From contig CBDCXH010000001.1 in assembly GCA_965223665.1 (NCBI GenBank), forward strand, positions 1 through 36,972: DNA of 36,972 nucleotides, in the 5' to 3' direction. This document shows positions 9,251 through 20,000 of this stretch, piece after piece. Position 1 is the stretch's first letter. Every line of letters begins with the position of its first letter. This stretch comes from Nitrospinaceae bacterium (lineage in GTDB: Bacteria; Nitrospinota; Nitrospinia; Nitrospinales; Nitrospinaceae). The notes beneath the pieces were generated by a model, which saw only the letters and a program-made list of their open reading frames with translations, ran no database searches and was not told the origin of the DNA. The translations under genes were made by a program, and so were the position numbers.

Positions 9251-10198
9251 ATGAGTGTAAAAAGTTTAGGTACGCGAGACATAATCGGTACTTTCTTTGC
9301 TCGCTTAGAGGCCGATCCGGCATTTGCCATTATTAATGCCCTTGCCTGGTTCAATAGGGACACCGACCAGGAAGTGGAAAAATACAAGTGGTTGGGCCAG
9401 GTTCCAATGATGCGGGAATGGATCGGTGGCCGTAAGGCGAAAGGCTTCAATGATTTTGGGTATGAAATCCAAAACAGAAAATACGAGGCCACTTTGGCGG
9501 TGGCCATTCCTGATATGGAAAGAGATAAAACCGCGCAGATCATGACCCGAATTCAGGAGCTAGCACAGGCTGCTAACTTGAATAAATGGTCTCTGCTAGC
9601 TGAATTAATTAAGCTTGGTGGCTCTAAGCTTTGTTATGACGGTCAATTCTTTTTTGATACGGATCATCAAGAGGGTGATTCCGGCGTTCAAAGTAATTCC
9701 ATTACCTATGATGTTGCTGACCCAGCAATCCCGACCGCAAAAGAAATGCAGCAAGCTATTTTTAACAGCATTTCCCAAATGTTGATGTTTAAAAACGATC
9801 AGGGTGAGCCCATGAATGAATTTGCAAAGTCATTCATGGTAATGGTGCCGATTCTTTATTTTCAGTCTGCCTTAGCTGCGGTAACCGCAACCCAGCTAGA
9901 TCAAGGGGAAACTAATCCTTTATCGAAACTAAAAGAAAACGGATATAACATTGATGTTGCACCGGCTCCACGTTTAGGGGTTGGGGTTGGACCTTGGACA
10001 GATAAGTTCGCAACCTTCCGAACTGATTCACCAATGAAGCCTTTTATCATCCAAGAGGAAAAACCATTATCAATGAAACACCTGGATGAAACTTCCGAAC
10101 ATGCAATTAAGGAGGATGAGGTTTTGTTCACTGTGGATAGTCGAGAAGGTGCGGGCTATGGCCTTTGGCAGTATGCAGTTCAAACCCAATTGAACTAA
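9251..10198 (+). CDS. Major capsid protein, Mu gpT-like
   Basis: YKWLGQVPMMREWIGGR, CYDGQFFFDTDH, AGYGLWQYA; RBS AGGAGG. Confidence 0.92.
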   Translation: MSVKSLGTRDIIGTFFARLEADPAFAIINALAWFNRDTDQEVEKYKWLGQVPMMREWIGGRKAKGFNDFGYEIQNRKYEATLAVAIPDMERDKTAQIMTRIQELAQAANLNKWSLLAELIKLGGSKLCYDGQFFFDTDHQEGDSGVQSNSITYDVADPAIPTAKEMQQAIFNSISQMLMFKNDQGEPMNEFAKSFMVMVPILYFQSALAAVTATQLDQGETNPLSKLKENGYNIDVAPAPRLGVGVGPWTDKFATFRTDSPMKPFIIQEEKPLSMKHLDETSEHAIKEDEVLFTVDSREGAGYGLWQYAVQTQLN

Positions 10199-10220
10199 AA
10201 AATTTTAGTTCTAAGAATTT

Positions 10221-10250
10221 AGGCGGGGTTTAAACTCCGCCTTAATTTAA
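10221..10250 (+). terminator. Probable intrinsic terminator after the capsid gene
   Basis: Hairpin AGGCGGGGTT-TA-AACTCCGCCT followed by an AT-rich tail. Confidence 0.65.
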
Positions 10251-10278
10251 AACCTAAATAACAATAAAGGAAAAGTTT

Positions 10279-10752
10279 ATGAACGTATACACAGTTTTTG
10301 ATCCAAGGGGAATGAATGTGGGCCCGGAAACAGTGGTTTATCTAACAAGAGGTCAAATTCAGAGGCGGAATGGATTGGTGGAAACCCCAAAGGATTATAA
10401 AAAAGAAAAAGGGGACAAGGAAAAAAATGATAAGCGGTTCAAATGTAAGCCTCTTATACAGTTGACTTTCAAAAAAGGTGAGCAAATTGGCATGAAAGAA
10501 AAACTCTCGCCTTATATGAATGCACGGACAACTGATCCGAATCCTCCGGAGGGGAAGCCAGCCCCTTTGCCAGGCGGATCCGAGGGCGGCGGATCATCCA
10601 CCCAGGGATCGGGTGGTTCTGATAATAACGATCCTAATCCTGATCCAAATAATCCGGGCGGCAATAACAACGATCCTAATCCAAATGACCCGGGCGAAGG
10701 TGGCGATAACGATAATCCGGATCCTAATTCCAACGATGAAGGTAACGGGTAA
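10279..10752 (+). CDS. Hypothetical head-associated protein with G/D/N/P low-complexity tail
   Basis: RBS AAGGA; C-terminal NNDPNP repeats; position after the capsid gene. Confidence 0.65.
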   Translation: MNVYTVFDPRGMNVGPETVVYLTRGQIQRRNGLVETPKDYKKEKGDKEKNDKRFKCKPLIQLTFKKGEQIGMKEKLSPYMNARTTDPNPPEGKPAPLPGGSEGGGSSTQGSGGSDNNDPNPDPNNPGGNNNDPNPNDPGEGGDNDNPDPNSNDEGNG

Positions 10753-10758
10753 AAGTTA

Positions 10759-11088
10759 ATGACTCTCAAAGATTCCATGAATAATGATTTGGATAACGTT
10801 TTCTTTAAAAATGATTCCGAATTTAACACCCAGGCGGTATTCACCGCGCTTTGTATTGGTGCACCGCCTAAGGAAATTTATGGGATCTTTGAAAAAGAGT
10901 TTGAGGATCCGGGCGGATCTTTCGAAGTTCCCGAGGGCGGAACCCAGCCGGTTTTTACTTGTAAATCTTCCGATGTGGAATACGCGCAACACGGAGATTC
11001 GTTATTTATCGAATCTAATTCTTATAAAGTTCTAAGGTCCCAACCGGATGGAACCGGATTGACCGTTTTAGTCTTGGAGAAATTATGA
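10759..11088 (+). CDS. Head-tail joining protein (gpFII-like)
   Basis: C-terminal Y.V...QPDGTGLTVLVL motif; synteny. Confidence 0.75.
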   Translation: MTLKDSMNNDLDNVFFKNDSEFNTQAVFTALCIGAPPKEIYGIFEKEFEDPGGSFEVPEGGTQPVFTCKSSDVEYAQHGDSLFIESNSYKVLRSQPDGTGLTVLVLEKL

Positions 11089-11567
11089 CCGATTATGTCG
11101 AAATTGCCGACGCCATTCACGACACCTTAAAAGCCGATTCATGGTTATCTGATACCAACAACTTAAAAGCCATTGAGGTGTTTGAGCGTGGGAACTCAGA
11201 ACAGGGTGATGAGGAAGTACGCCCCGTTATAAAGTCGGACGATTTACCCCTGGTTACCGTAGAGGTGAATATTTCTCCTAAAGAAGATTTGCTCGACAGT
11301 CCGGAGGAAGTCCGCGTTCGGGTAGCTTGTGCAGTCATTGCCCGCACCTCTAATAGGGATGCCCAAATTGGGCGACGTCTTCATTACGTTTATATCGATA
11401 AGATTGAGCAAGTTTTAGGAAGACAAAGGGATTCACAAAACGATTTTAGTATTGATGGGTTTGTAAGAGAGATTGGAACCACTGAATCCATTTTTAAGCA
11501 GGACAATATTTTTTATTTTGAATCAATCACCACGTTCACGATGGAAATCACACGAACGTTTAATTAG
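11085..11567 (+). CDS. Probable tail terminator/completion protein
   Basis: Acidic 160 aa, ATGA-coupled, directly before the tail tube; called mainly on synteny. Confidence 0.55.
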   Translation: MTDYVEIADAIHDTLKADSWLSDTNNLKAIEVFERGNSEQGDEEVRPVIKSDDLPLVTVEVNISPKEDLLDSPEEVRVRVACAVIARTSNRDAQIGRRLHYVYIDKIEQVLGRQRDSQNDFSIDGFVREIGTTESIFKQDNIFYFESITTFTMEITRTFN

Positions 11568-11578
11568 GAGTCTTCACG

Positions 11579-12616
11579 ATGGCACGAAAAACGGAAGCAT
11601 GGCGGGGTTATGGCCTGCAGAAAGAAACGTCTTATGGTGTGGGTGGAGGCACCTTTACCCGCCTATTTCATTCAAGTGGCCCTATTGATGTAAGGCCGAA
11701 TCATCAAGAAACCAACGAAGATGAAATCACCGGCTTTAATAGTCCCACACGGCGCGACATCTTAACCAAAATAGCAGAGTTCAGTCACGAACAACGGGCT
11801 ATGCCTCATAACCTGGCTTTGTTCATGTCTATGGTGATGGGGCAAATCATAAGTGACCAACCCGATAATGCGAACGATCCTAATGTTTATCGACATTACA
11901 TTCAACGATTGACCAATACCGATAAATTACAGTCCATCCCGGTGATTGAATTTGACGGCATCGATCAAAGGATGTACCCAGGGGCGGTTTGTAAATCTTT
12001 GGAAATGACTGCAGAACGCGAAGGATTTGTCCGTATCAATGCAGCCTTAATGGCTAGCGGTGCAGAAAGTATTGACGCCACCCCAGCGCCCGCCGTTGGC
12101 GGTGAAAGCTATATGAAATTTGGTGATATCAAAATTAACCGCGGTGGGAGTCTAAGTGGATCCGTAGGCACTCAGGATTTATCAATCTCCGGTGAAACTG
12201 AGATAAGTGCCAAAGTCCGATCGTTTAAATGGACTGTGGATAATGGCGGTCAGGCCAAATACCATTTAGGGGATCCTTCCGGTTTCGTGGGTGCTATGGA
12301 ACGTGGGGCGCGATGGCAGCACACTTTAGAAGCGCAAATCGAAATCGACGATGCCACGCACCACGATGTGTTGATCAATCAAACTCAATACGTCTTATTC
12401 GTTCCCATCTTGGGTGCGGTGATTCCAGGTGGTAGTGGATCCTTTAATTACAAAGCCGACATTTATTTTCCGTTAGTGGAATATGAAGAGGCGGCTAAAA
12501 GTTACGACGGTGATGGAAACACCATCATTGATACAAAATTCGTTGTCTTAGAAGATCAAACGCATGGGGATTTCATCGCCGAAGTTCATAACGAAGTGGC
12601 TGGATATCTTACTTAA
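11579..12616 (+). CDS. Major tail tube protein
   Basis: G..KETSYG N-terminal motif, 345 aa, upstream of the chaperones and tape measure. Confidence 0.75.
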   Translation: MARKTEAWRGYGLQKETSYGVGGGTFTRLFHSSGPIDVRPNHQETNEDEITGFNSPTRRDILTKIAEFSHEQRAMPHNLALFMSMVMGQIISDQPDNANDPNVYRHYIQRLTNTDKLQSIPVIEFDGIDQRMYPGAVCKSLEMTAEREGFVRINAALMASGAESIDATPAPAVGGESYMKFGDIKINRGGSLSGSVGTQDLSISGETEISAKVRSFKWTVDNGGQAKYHLGDPSGFVGAMERGARWQHTLEAQIEIDDATHHDVLINQTQYVLFVPILGAVIPGGSGSFNYKADIYFPLVEYEEAAKSYDGDGNTIIDTKFVVLEDQTHGDFIAEVHNEVAGYLT

Positions 12617-12652
12617 TTTGTAATTTTTAATTTGAATTAAAAAGGAGTTGTT

Positions 12653-13051
12653 ATGGGATTGTGTATTAACCCGACGAAAAAAATTCGGGTCAACGTTTCC
12701 GGTGGGTATTTTGTCTTTACCGTTCGTCAACCCACCACCCAAGAATTTCTCGACTATAAAAAAAACCGTTTAGGAAATATGAATTCCAAAAACGGGAAAG
12801 TTTCGATGGAATCTGAGATCGAAAGACACGCGATTGATTTCGTCGATAAATTATTAATTGATGTCAAAGCATTCGACGAAAAAGACAATCCGCAACCGGT
12901 TGAATATGACGATGGCACGGGAAAAGCGCAAGAACTTAAAAATGATGTCAAAAATTGGCAGCAATACATCCCAGCCAATATCCGTTTTCAAGTTTGTACC
13001 GTTGCGGAATATGTCGACGTTCAATTGGAGGAAACTGCACTAAAAAACTAA
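12653..13051 (+). CDS. Tail assembly chaperone G
   Basis: Synteny; ends in the slippery sequence A AAA AAC TAA. Confidence 0.75.
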   Translation: MGLCINPTKKIRVNVSGGYFVFTVRQPTTQEFLDYKKNRLGNMNSKNGKVSMESEIERHAIDFVDKLLIDVKAFDEKDNPQPVEYDDGTGKAQELKNDVKNWQQYIPANIRFQVCTVAEYVDVQLEETALKN

Positions 13052-13359
13052 TAACCTTTCTCCAGGAAGACATTCCCGCATTGGAGGAAGATTATAACAA
13101 TACACTGTTTGAAGCAGAGCGGGACGGGCAGGATTTAGATTTTGCCCGGGAGAATCACAGGTATTACAAATTCATTGATCAGTTTACCGATGAATTTAAA
13201 AACTGGGTTCACTGGATACATCGATGTGTATTTTTAAAAAGAGGCGGCTATCCATTCGAGAAAAACGATTTAGACATGAAAGATTGGTTGGCAATGGGAA
13301 TTTTAGAAAACCATTTGGAAGGTAAAAAACAGCAAGCATTTTTTGGGATTAATAAGTAA
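13042..13359 (+). CDS. Tail chaperone GT extension made by -1 programmed frameshift
   Basis: Heptamer AAAAAAC (13042-13048); the -1 frame (KLITFLQEDIP...) stays open to the tape-measure start. Confidence 0.75.
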   Translation, partial: KKLITFLQEDIPALEEDYNNTLFEAERDGQDLDFARENHRYYKFIDQFTDEFKNWVHWIHRCVFLKRGGYPFEKNDLDMKDWLAMGILENHLEGKKQQAFFGINK

Positions 13360-15758
13360 TGATCGTCAACCGTGCAGATTATTTAGTAACCAGTAAACAT
13401 AAAGACGAACTCACCCGGGAAGGGAAAAAGGCGTTTGACCAGTTCAGGGGGAACGCCCAAAAATCCCTTAACGCTGTTAAGAATGCCCTGGGGGCGGTGG
13501 CATTGGCTTTTGGTGGATTACAAATTGGTCGGGCTACAAGGGAAGCGTTTGAATTTGCCGATACCATTGGGAAAGCTGCCGATCGAATCGGTTTGGGTAC
13601 TACTCAATTGCAACAATGGCAATTTGCTTTGGATCTCGCTGGGGTGGCTCAACAATCCACCAACCAGGGATTATTGACTTTCTCAAAACGGTTAGGAAAA
13701 GCGCAAGAGGAAACCGGCGCCTTGAATGAATTTTTAAAACGCGGGAACCAGAATTTATTGGACCGACTAAAAGCCACCGACAATGTCAACGATGCGTTGG
13801 AAATTTATGTTAGCGAATTAGATAAAACTAATTCTGCCACGGAAAGGGCCGCGCTGTTGGATGCAGCATTTGGGGGACAAGGTTTGCAAATGGCAGCGGC
13901 GTTTAAGAACGGTGCCGATAGTTTTAACCAGGCGCGGAGGCAAGCGGTTGAACTTGGTTTGGTGTTGGATGAAAAGCTGATTCGTGGTGCTGAAAAAACC
14001 AATGATATGTTCAACATCCTAAGCCGTCAAATGGGAACTCGGTTTAAAAATGCGGTGTTGGAATCGGCTCCGGCCTTGCAACAAATAGCACAGTTTCTTT
14101 CCGATTTGATTCCTAAAGCCGCCCGCGCATTTAACCAAGCCTTTATTGGAATTCAAAAAACTTTGATAGGGACCCAACTTTTCTATGCGAAATTTGTAGG
14201 TGCCGTTCAAAGTTTAATGACAAGCTTTTTGCTTTCCCTTGCAGAAACGGCGGATGCCATTGGTTTAAGCTTTGATTTATTAAACAGTGTTCTTAAGGGA
14301 ATGCTTTTAGTTCAAGAGGAAAACCGCCAAAAAATAAGAGGCTTGATCAAGGAACTGCAGTTGTTAGAAAAAGGGTTAAATCGGTCTGCAGAAGCGGTTA
14401 ACAAATTTCCTAGGGGTGAACCATTTAAGGTCATTAATAAAAATATAAAAACATCGAACGATCTTTTGATTGATTATGAAGATCGATGGAAACGTATTAT
14501 TCAGGTTTTAAAACTTGCCGAGGATCCCGCTGAGGATTTTAGATCTCAACTGCAAGACATTGAAAACTTGTTACAGGAAGGAAGCCCGGAAAAAGCACGT
14601 GCGTTGGAAGGTCTGGCTAAAAAGTTTGGGATCAATTTAGAACAACAAAATCCTTTGGAGGGCGCTGCAAAAAAACAAGCCGAAACGTTAGAAAAGTTCT
14701 TAGATAGAATTAAGACCTTGTCAGAGCAAGCGCAGAGCCCACTTAAAGAATTAAAGCTTCAGTTAAAAGCAATTCGGCAAATTGTCCGTGATCAAGGGTT
14801 CGGTGATTTGGATGAAAATGCCATTCTTCCGGATGACGCAAAGACGGAAAAATTTAGAAGGGTATTGGATCTTTGGATTGATCTTTCTCAACGTGGCGGC
14901 CTGAACCTGGATCAACAATTAACCATCGCCCCTAAAACACAACAGGATTTAGATAAGTTAGAAGAAAATTTAAACCGCCAAGCCGACCTTTATCAAAGAA
15001 TCAGAGATCCCCTTAAAAATTTCCGATCGGAATATCGGGCGTTAGTAGCATTGCAAAGGAAAGGGTCAATCACAGTTGAAGAATACAACCTTGCATTAAA
15101 TGACCTTAACGCTCGCGCCCGTCAATTTCTATCCGGACAAGATCAAACTCTGGCACTAATCGAACGCTTGGGCAGTGGGACCGAACAGAGTATTGCAGAT
15201 TTGTTTGATGGCCTGACCGACAAATCAAAGTCTTTTGTCGATACATTTGTGGACTTAATGAAAATTGTCAGGCGGGAGTTGATTCGAGCCTTTATTGCAA
15301 AGCCAATTTCTAAACTTTTATTTAATGCGGTGGGTGGTTTAGTTTCCGGCGGGTTTGGGGGATTAGGTTCAAATAGTAATGTGGTTTTTGATGCAGAAGG
15401 CGCCCAGATTATCGATACCGTTTTTTCTGAACAAGGGTTTGCAAGAGGTGGATCCTTTATTGTCCCGGGTAAATCCGGAATCGATAAAAACCTGGTTCAA
15501 TTCATGGCATCCCGAGGCGAAAAGGTCACAGTAGAAACTTCCGACCAACAAAAGCGATCGGGCACGGTGGTTAATTTAAATATTATCAATAACACAAACG
15601 CCCAGGTGACCGCCCAACAACGAACTAATGATCAAGGTGGTGTGGATTTAGAACTTATGATTAATCAAACTGTCGCAAAAAGCATCCGGAATGGCGGTCC
15701 TATAAGAAATCAATTGATCAGTAGTTTTAATTTAAATCCTGCAGTGGAACGGGGGTGA
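13359..15758 (+). CDS. Tail tape measure protein
   Basis: 799 aa, helical, A/L/Q-rich; C-terminal FARGGSF.V.G..G.D...F.ASRGE.V.V motif. Confidence 0.92.
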   Translation: MIVNRADYLVTSKHKDELTREGKKAFDQFRGNAQKSLNAVKNALGAVALAFGGLQIGRATREAFEFADTIGKAADRIGLGTTQLQQWQFALDLAGVAQQSTNQGLLTFSKRLGKAQEETGALNEFLKRGNQNLLDRLKATDNVNDALEIYVSELDKTNSATERAALLDAAFGGQGLQMAAAFKNGADSFNQARRQAVELGLVLDEKLIRGAEKTNDMFNILSRQMGTRFKNAVLESAPALQQIAQFLSDLIPKAARAFNQAFIGIQKTLIGTQLFYAKFVGAVQSLMTSFLLSLAETADAIGLSFDLLNSVLKGMLLVQEENRQKIRGLIKELQLLEKGLNRSAEAVNKFPRGEPFKVINKNIKTSNDLLIDYEDRWKRIIQVLKLAEDPAEDFRSQLQDIENLLQEGSPEKARALEGLAKKFGINLEQQNPLEGAAKKQAETLEKFLDRIKTLSEQAQSPLKELKLQLKAIRQIVRDQGFGDLDENAILPDDAKTEKFRRVLDLWIDLSQRGGLNLDQQLTIAPKTQQDLDKLEENLNRQADLYQRIRDPLKNFRSEYRALVALQRKGSITVEEYNLALNDLNARARQFLSGQDQTLALIERLGSGTEQSIADLFDGLTDKSKSFVDTFVDLMKIVRRELIRAFIAKPISKLLFNAVGGLVSGGFGGLGSNSNVVFDAEGAQIIDTVFSEQGFARGGSFIVPGKSGIDKNLVQFMASRGEKVTVETSDQQKRSGTVVNLNIINNTNAQVTAQQRTNDQGGVDLELMINQTVAKSIRNGGPIRNQLISSFNLNPAVERG

Positions 15759-15762
15759 TTGA

Positions 15763-16116
15763 ATGCCTGATCTATGGCCAGCAAGCTTACCTCAGGAATT
15801 TAGCAGCAATGGGTATTCAGAAAAAGAACCTGAAACTGCCATTCACACGGAAATGGATGCGGGTCCACCAAAAAGCCGTCAACGCTTCACGGCTGGAACT
15901 CGTGAGATCACCACGACACTTAGAATCGATTCCACTCAAAAAGTTACGTTAAGCGAATTTTTTAGAAACACACTTGGTGGCGGGTCATTAACATTTGACT
16001 GGGTCGAACCTGGAACCGTCTCCATAGCCACTTATAAATTTAAAGAGCCGCCCTCTTATGATCCGTTACCAGGGGGTTGGTGGACCGTAAACCTTACTCT
16101 TTTACAAATGCCATGA
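15763..16116 (+). CDS. Distal tail protein (gpM-like)
   Basis: WPASLP, TEMDAGPPK.RQRFT, GGSL.FDW.P motifs. Confidence 0.8.
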   Translation: MPDLWPASLPQEFSSNGYSEKEPETAIHTEMDAGPPKSRQRFTAGTREITTTLRIDSTQKVTLSEFFRNTLGGGSLTFDWVEPGTVSIATYKFKEPPSYDPLPGGWWTVNLTLLQMP

Positions 16117-16589
16117 CGGGAAGAAGTTTTTCAACCAATGCAATGAAGGCCATGATGGGCCAGGAAACCAAAGAGGCTTTTATTACCTTGCTCACTCTTT
16201 CACATGCCGATTTGGCAGAACCGATTCGCGTTTGCGATGACAAGGTGAACCAGGTTTCCAACGGGAACACGTTCCTGGCCTTTCCCTTTGAATTGCCATT
16301 ACCTAACGAAAGTGAAGACCGGCCGCCGGTGGCCACACTCACGATTGGAAACGTCGATCGACAAATCGTTCAGGCTTTGCGCAGTATCACCTCGGCGGTG
16401 GACGTGTTGATCGAGATCGTATTGGCCAGCACACCGGACACGGTCGAAATGTCTTTACCGGATTTTAAATTGAAGGAAGCGGATTACAACGAATTGGTGG
16501 TTACGGGTGAATTGACGGTGGAGCATTTGGAATCCAAACCCTTCCCACCCCATGCGTTTGTGCCAAGTGGATTTCCCGCTCTGTTTTGA
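16113..16589 (+). CDS. Tail tip protein, DUF1833/gpL-like
   Basis: ATGA overlap at 16113; FLAFPFEL.LP, IGNVDR, F.PSGFPALF. Confidence 0.8.
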   Translation: MTGRSFSTNAMKAMMGQETKEAFITLLTLSHADLAEPIRVCDDKVNQVSNGNTFLAFPFELPLPNESEDRPPVATLTIGNVDRQIVQALRSITSAVDVLIEIVLASTPDTVEMSLPDFKLKEADYNELVVTGELTVEHLESKPFPPHAFVPSGFPALF

Positions 16590-17083
16590 TTATGGAACTT
16601 TATGGATGGAAAACCGGGTCGGTATATTCTGATTGGATAGAACAATATATCGGTATCCCATTTAAAGAACGCGGACGCGATCGTGACGGCTGCGACTGCT
16701 ACGGCCTGTGCCGGTTGATTTGGAAAGAGCAATTTGGACTCGAACTTCCCGATTATTTAACCACCTACGAATCGGCTAAATCCGGCGTCGAGGTTCAAGC
16801 CACGTTGACCGACAACTGTTTGCGCAATCCGGAATGGAATCTGATTCCATACGGTAAAGAGCGACTGGGGGATGTTGCGTTGATGAAAGGGTATTACAAA
16901 ATGGAAGGTAAGTTGATGGCAGCTGAAATGCACGTCGGCTTAATACTTTCACCCGGGTTTTTGATTCATACCGAAGCCGGGATCGATTCCAGCATTGCCA
17001 ATTATTACCAACGCTTGTTTAAAAACCGGATCGTTAATTTTTATCGCCATGAAAGGTTACTGGATGGAAGTCTTAGCACCTGA
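16586..17083 (+). CDS. NlpC/P60 tail tip protein (gpK-like)
   Basis: YIGIPF..RGRDRDGCDCYGL and HVGL...LIH. Confidence 0.88.
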   Translation: MIMELYGWKTGSVYSDWIEQYIGIPFKERGRDRDGCDCYGLCRLIWKEQFGLELPDYLTTYESAKSGVEVQATLTDNCLRNPEWNLIPYGKERLGDVALMKGYYKMEGKLMAAEMHVGLILSPGFLIHTEAGIDSSIANYYQRLFKNRIVNFYRHERLLDGSLST

Positions 17084-20000
17084 AACAGAACCGATACAGG
17101 TTTTTTCCTGTCCGCATCCGTTCAAGGTGGAACGTAACGATTTGACCTTGCCCGCCGGGTTGACCGTGTTGGATATTTTATTTAGGGTGCAACCGGATCC
17201 GGTATTGCGGCGCCATGCCCATATATTCGTAGGCGATCAATACATACCTCAGGATTATTGGGGCCAGGTGAAACCCAAGCCGGGAATGACCCTGACTATC
17301 CGCGTGGTTCCTTCCGGAGGGGAAGGGAAAGACCCGCTCCGAACCGTTTTATCGATTGCCATTATTGCCGCCGCTGCGTTTGCCGGTCCGGCGGCTGCGG
17401 GGGCTTTGGGTTTAGTAAAAGGATCCACTGCTTTTTCTTTAGTATCCGCCGGTATTACCGCCGCCGTTGGTGTTGGTGGCCAACTTTTACTCAACGCCAT
17501 CATTCCACCTTCACGGCCGAAGTTGGACACTCTCACCGGTACCAGTAAAAAAAGTAATTCCATTTCCGGTGCCGGGAATTTTGAAACTCCGTTTGGTCCT
17601 ATTCCTGTCGTCTTGGGGGAACATCGCCATTTCCCTCCATTGGGCGCAAAGACCTATACCGAGATTGTAGGCGATGATCAATATTTTCGGATGCTTTTGA
17701 TTTGGGGGTACGGCCCGCTTGATATATCCAATCAGAAAATTGGCCAAACCGACATTAGCGAATTTGAAGATGTGGAAATCGAAACGGTCCAGGGATTCGA
17801 CTCGGATCCAGCCCTCACCCTATTCACGGACCAGGTCTTTGAAGAAACTTTGCAAATCACCGTCCACCAGGTGGACGATTGGATCCTTCGCACCACCCAA
17901 CCCGATTGTGATGAAATCTCTTTTGATCTTACTTTTCCACGCGGAATCCAAATGGAATTTGGGTTTTTAAAGTTTCACCCGGCAGCATTAACCGAAATAG
18001 AATTTGAAATCGAAACCAGTCCCACCGGCGCCGGAACCTGGACCCAGCATCCCAATTTAGCCGTTTCAGCCAATCAGGTGACCCTGTTTCGTAAAGGGCA
18101 ACGGATTAAAATGCCGAGCCGCGGTCAATACGATATACGGATCCGCAGGATCACGCCCGATCCCACCGATGTCAATCTCCACCCAGGTGTGGCCATGTGG
18201 ACTGCGCTCCGCACCTTTACCAACGAAAACCCGATTCAATTCCATAAAAACGTTGCCGCCACGGCTTTGCGCATCCGTGCTACCAACCAACTTTCAGGCG
18301 TGATCGATAAATACAGCGCCACGGTGAAATCCATTGTCAAGGACTGGAATGGATCCGCCTGGGTGGAGCAAGTGAGTAATAACCCAAGTTCATTGGCTCG
18401 CCACGTTTGGCAGTTCCCGGGGGACGATTCTCCTTTACCCGACACCCGTGTGGATATTGCAGGTCTTCAAGCGTTTCACGATTATTGTGTGGCCAAAGGA
18501 TTCACTTTCAACATAGTGGTGGATTTCCAATCCAGCGTAGGAGAAATGGTTCGCGATATCCTGGCCGCTGGCCGTGCATCACCCACGAACCGTGATGGGA
18601 AATGGAGTGTGGTCATTGACCAACCGCAGACCATTCCGTGTCAAATGTTCACCCCGCGCAATATGTTAAAGGGAAGCTTTAGCGGAAAGATTGTCTACAG
18701 TGATAAACCCCACGGGTTTCGAGTTCGTTTCATCAATGAAGAAAAAGAATTTACCCAGGACGAACGGATCGTTTACGACGACGGGTTCGACGAAACCAAT
18801 GCCACCAAGTTTGCCACCATGGAATTCACCGGCGTTACTAATCCGGAACAAATTTGGAAGCTTGCCCGATACCACATCGCCACGTTGAGATTACGTCCGG
18901 AAATTTATACTTTTTCTGCAGACGTGGAAAACCTGGTTTGCCGTCGTGGAGATCTCATTCGAGCCGTTCATGATGTTCCGCTCTGGGGAATTGCCCAGGG
19001 CCGGGTGAAACAGGTCATCGATGACACGGTCAATGTAACTCAAATTGTGCTCGATGAGAAAATGACCATGCTCACGGGAAAAAGTTATTCAATTCGTGGA
19101 AGGTTGGAAGACAACACCCAGGTCAATTTGGGTTTATCCACTGTGCCCGGGACCTCTAAAACTGTGAACCTTTCACCCCTGGTACCGATCGCCACTGCGC
19201 CAAAGGTGGGCGACCTGGTCGCCTTTGGCCAAACCGGATTAGAAACGGTAGAACTATTGGTCAAAGAGATCCAACCGCTTGGGGGAAAAAATGCCAGGCT
19301 CGTGTGTGTGAATCATTCCCCGGCCATTCAGGATGCCGACAGTGGAGTGATTCCCAATCACAACAGCCAAATTACTCCGGAGCAAGTTTTAACCGAACCT
19401 TTTGTCGCCCAGGTGAAAAGTGATGAATCTGTGATGGTATTGGCACCTTCCGGTATTTTAGAACCCCGCATTATGATTTCCTTATCACTCACCCAAAATA
19501 TTCCATCGAATGCCACGGCCATTGAAGGAAGGATTCGACCCGCAGGGACCAACGGCCGGTGGACCTGGATCCCGCCGGTTGCTGCAGATGCCAGAGAAAT
19601 AGAAATTCGCAACATCATTGAAAAGGAAGTTTATGATATCCATTTGCGGTTTAAGTATGAGGACGAAACGTTTAGTCCATTCAGTAAAATCAACAACTAT
19701 TTTGTGATTGGTGGATCCACGCCACCCGGTGACATTCAAAACCTCACCTTGAATATTATCGATCACAGTGTGGTGCTCAGTTGGGATCCTGTAACGGACA
19801 TCGATGTCACCAACGGGGGACGGATCCGCGTTCGCCATTCCTCTAAAACCAGCGGAGCGACTTGGGCGTCGGCCGTGGATATTGGTCCGGAAGTTCCACC
19901 TAATAACACCCAGGTTACCTTACCGCTTTTGCCCGGAACTTATTTAGTGAAAGCGATCGATTTGGGTGGGAACGCTTCGGTCAATGCGGCCGCTGCGGTT

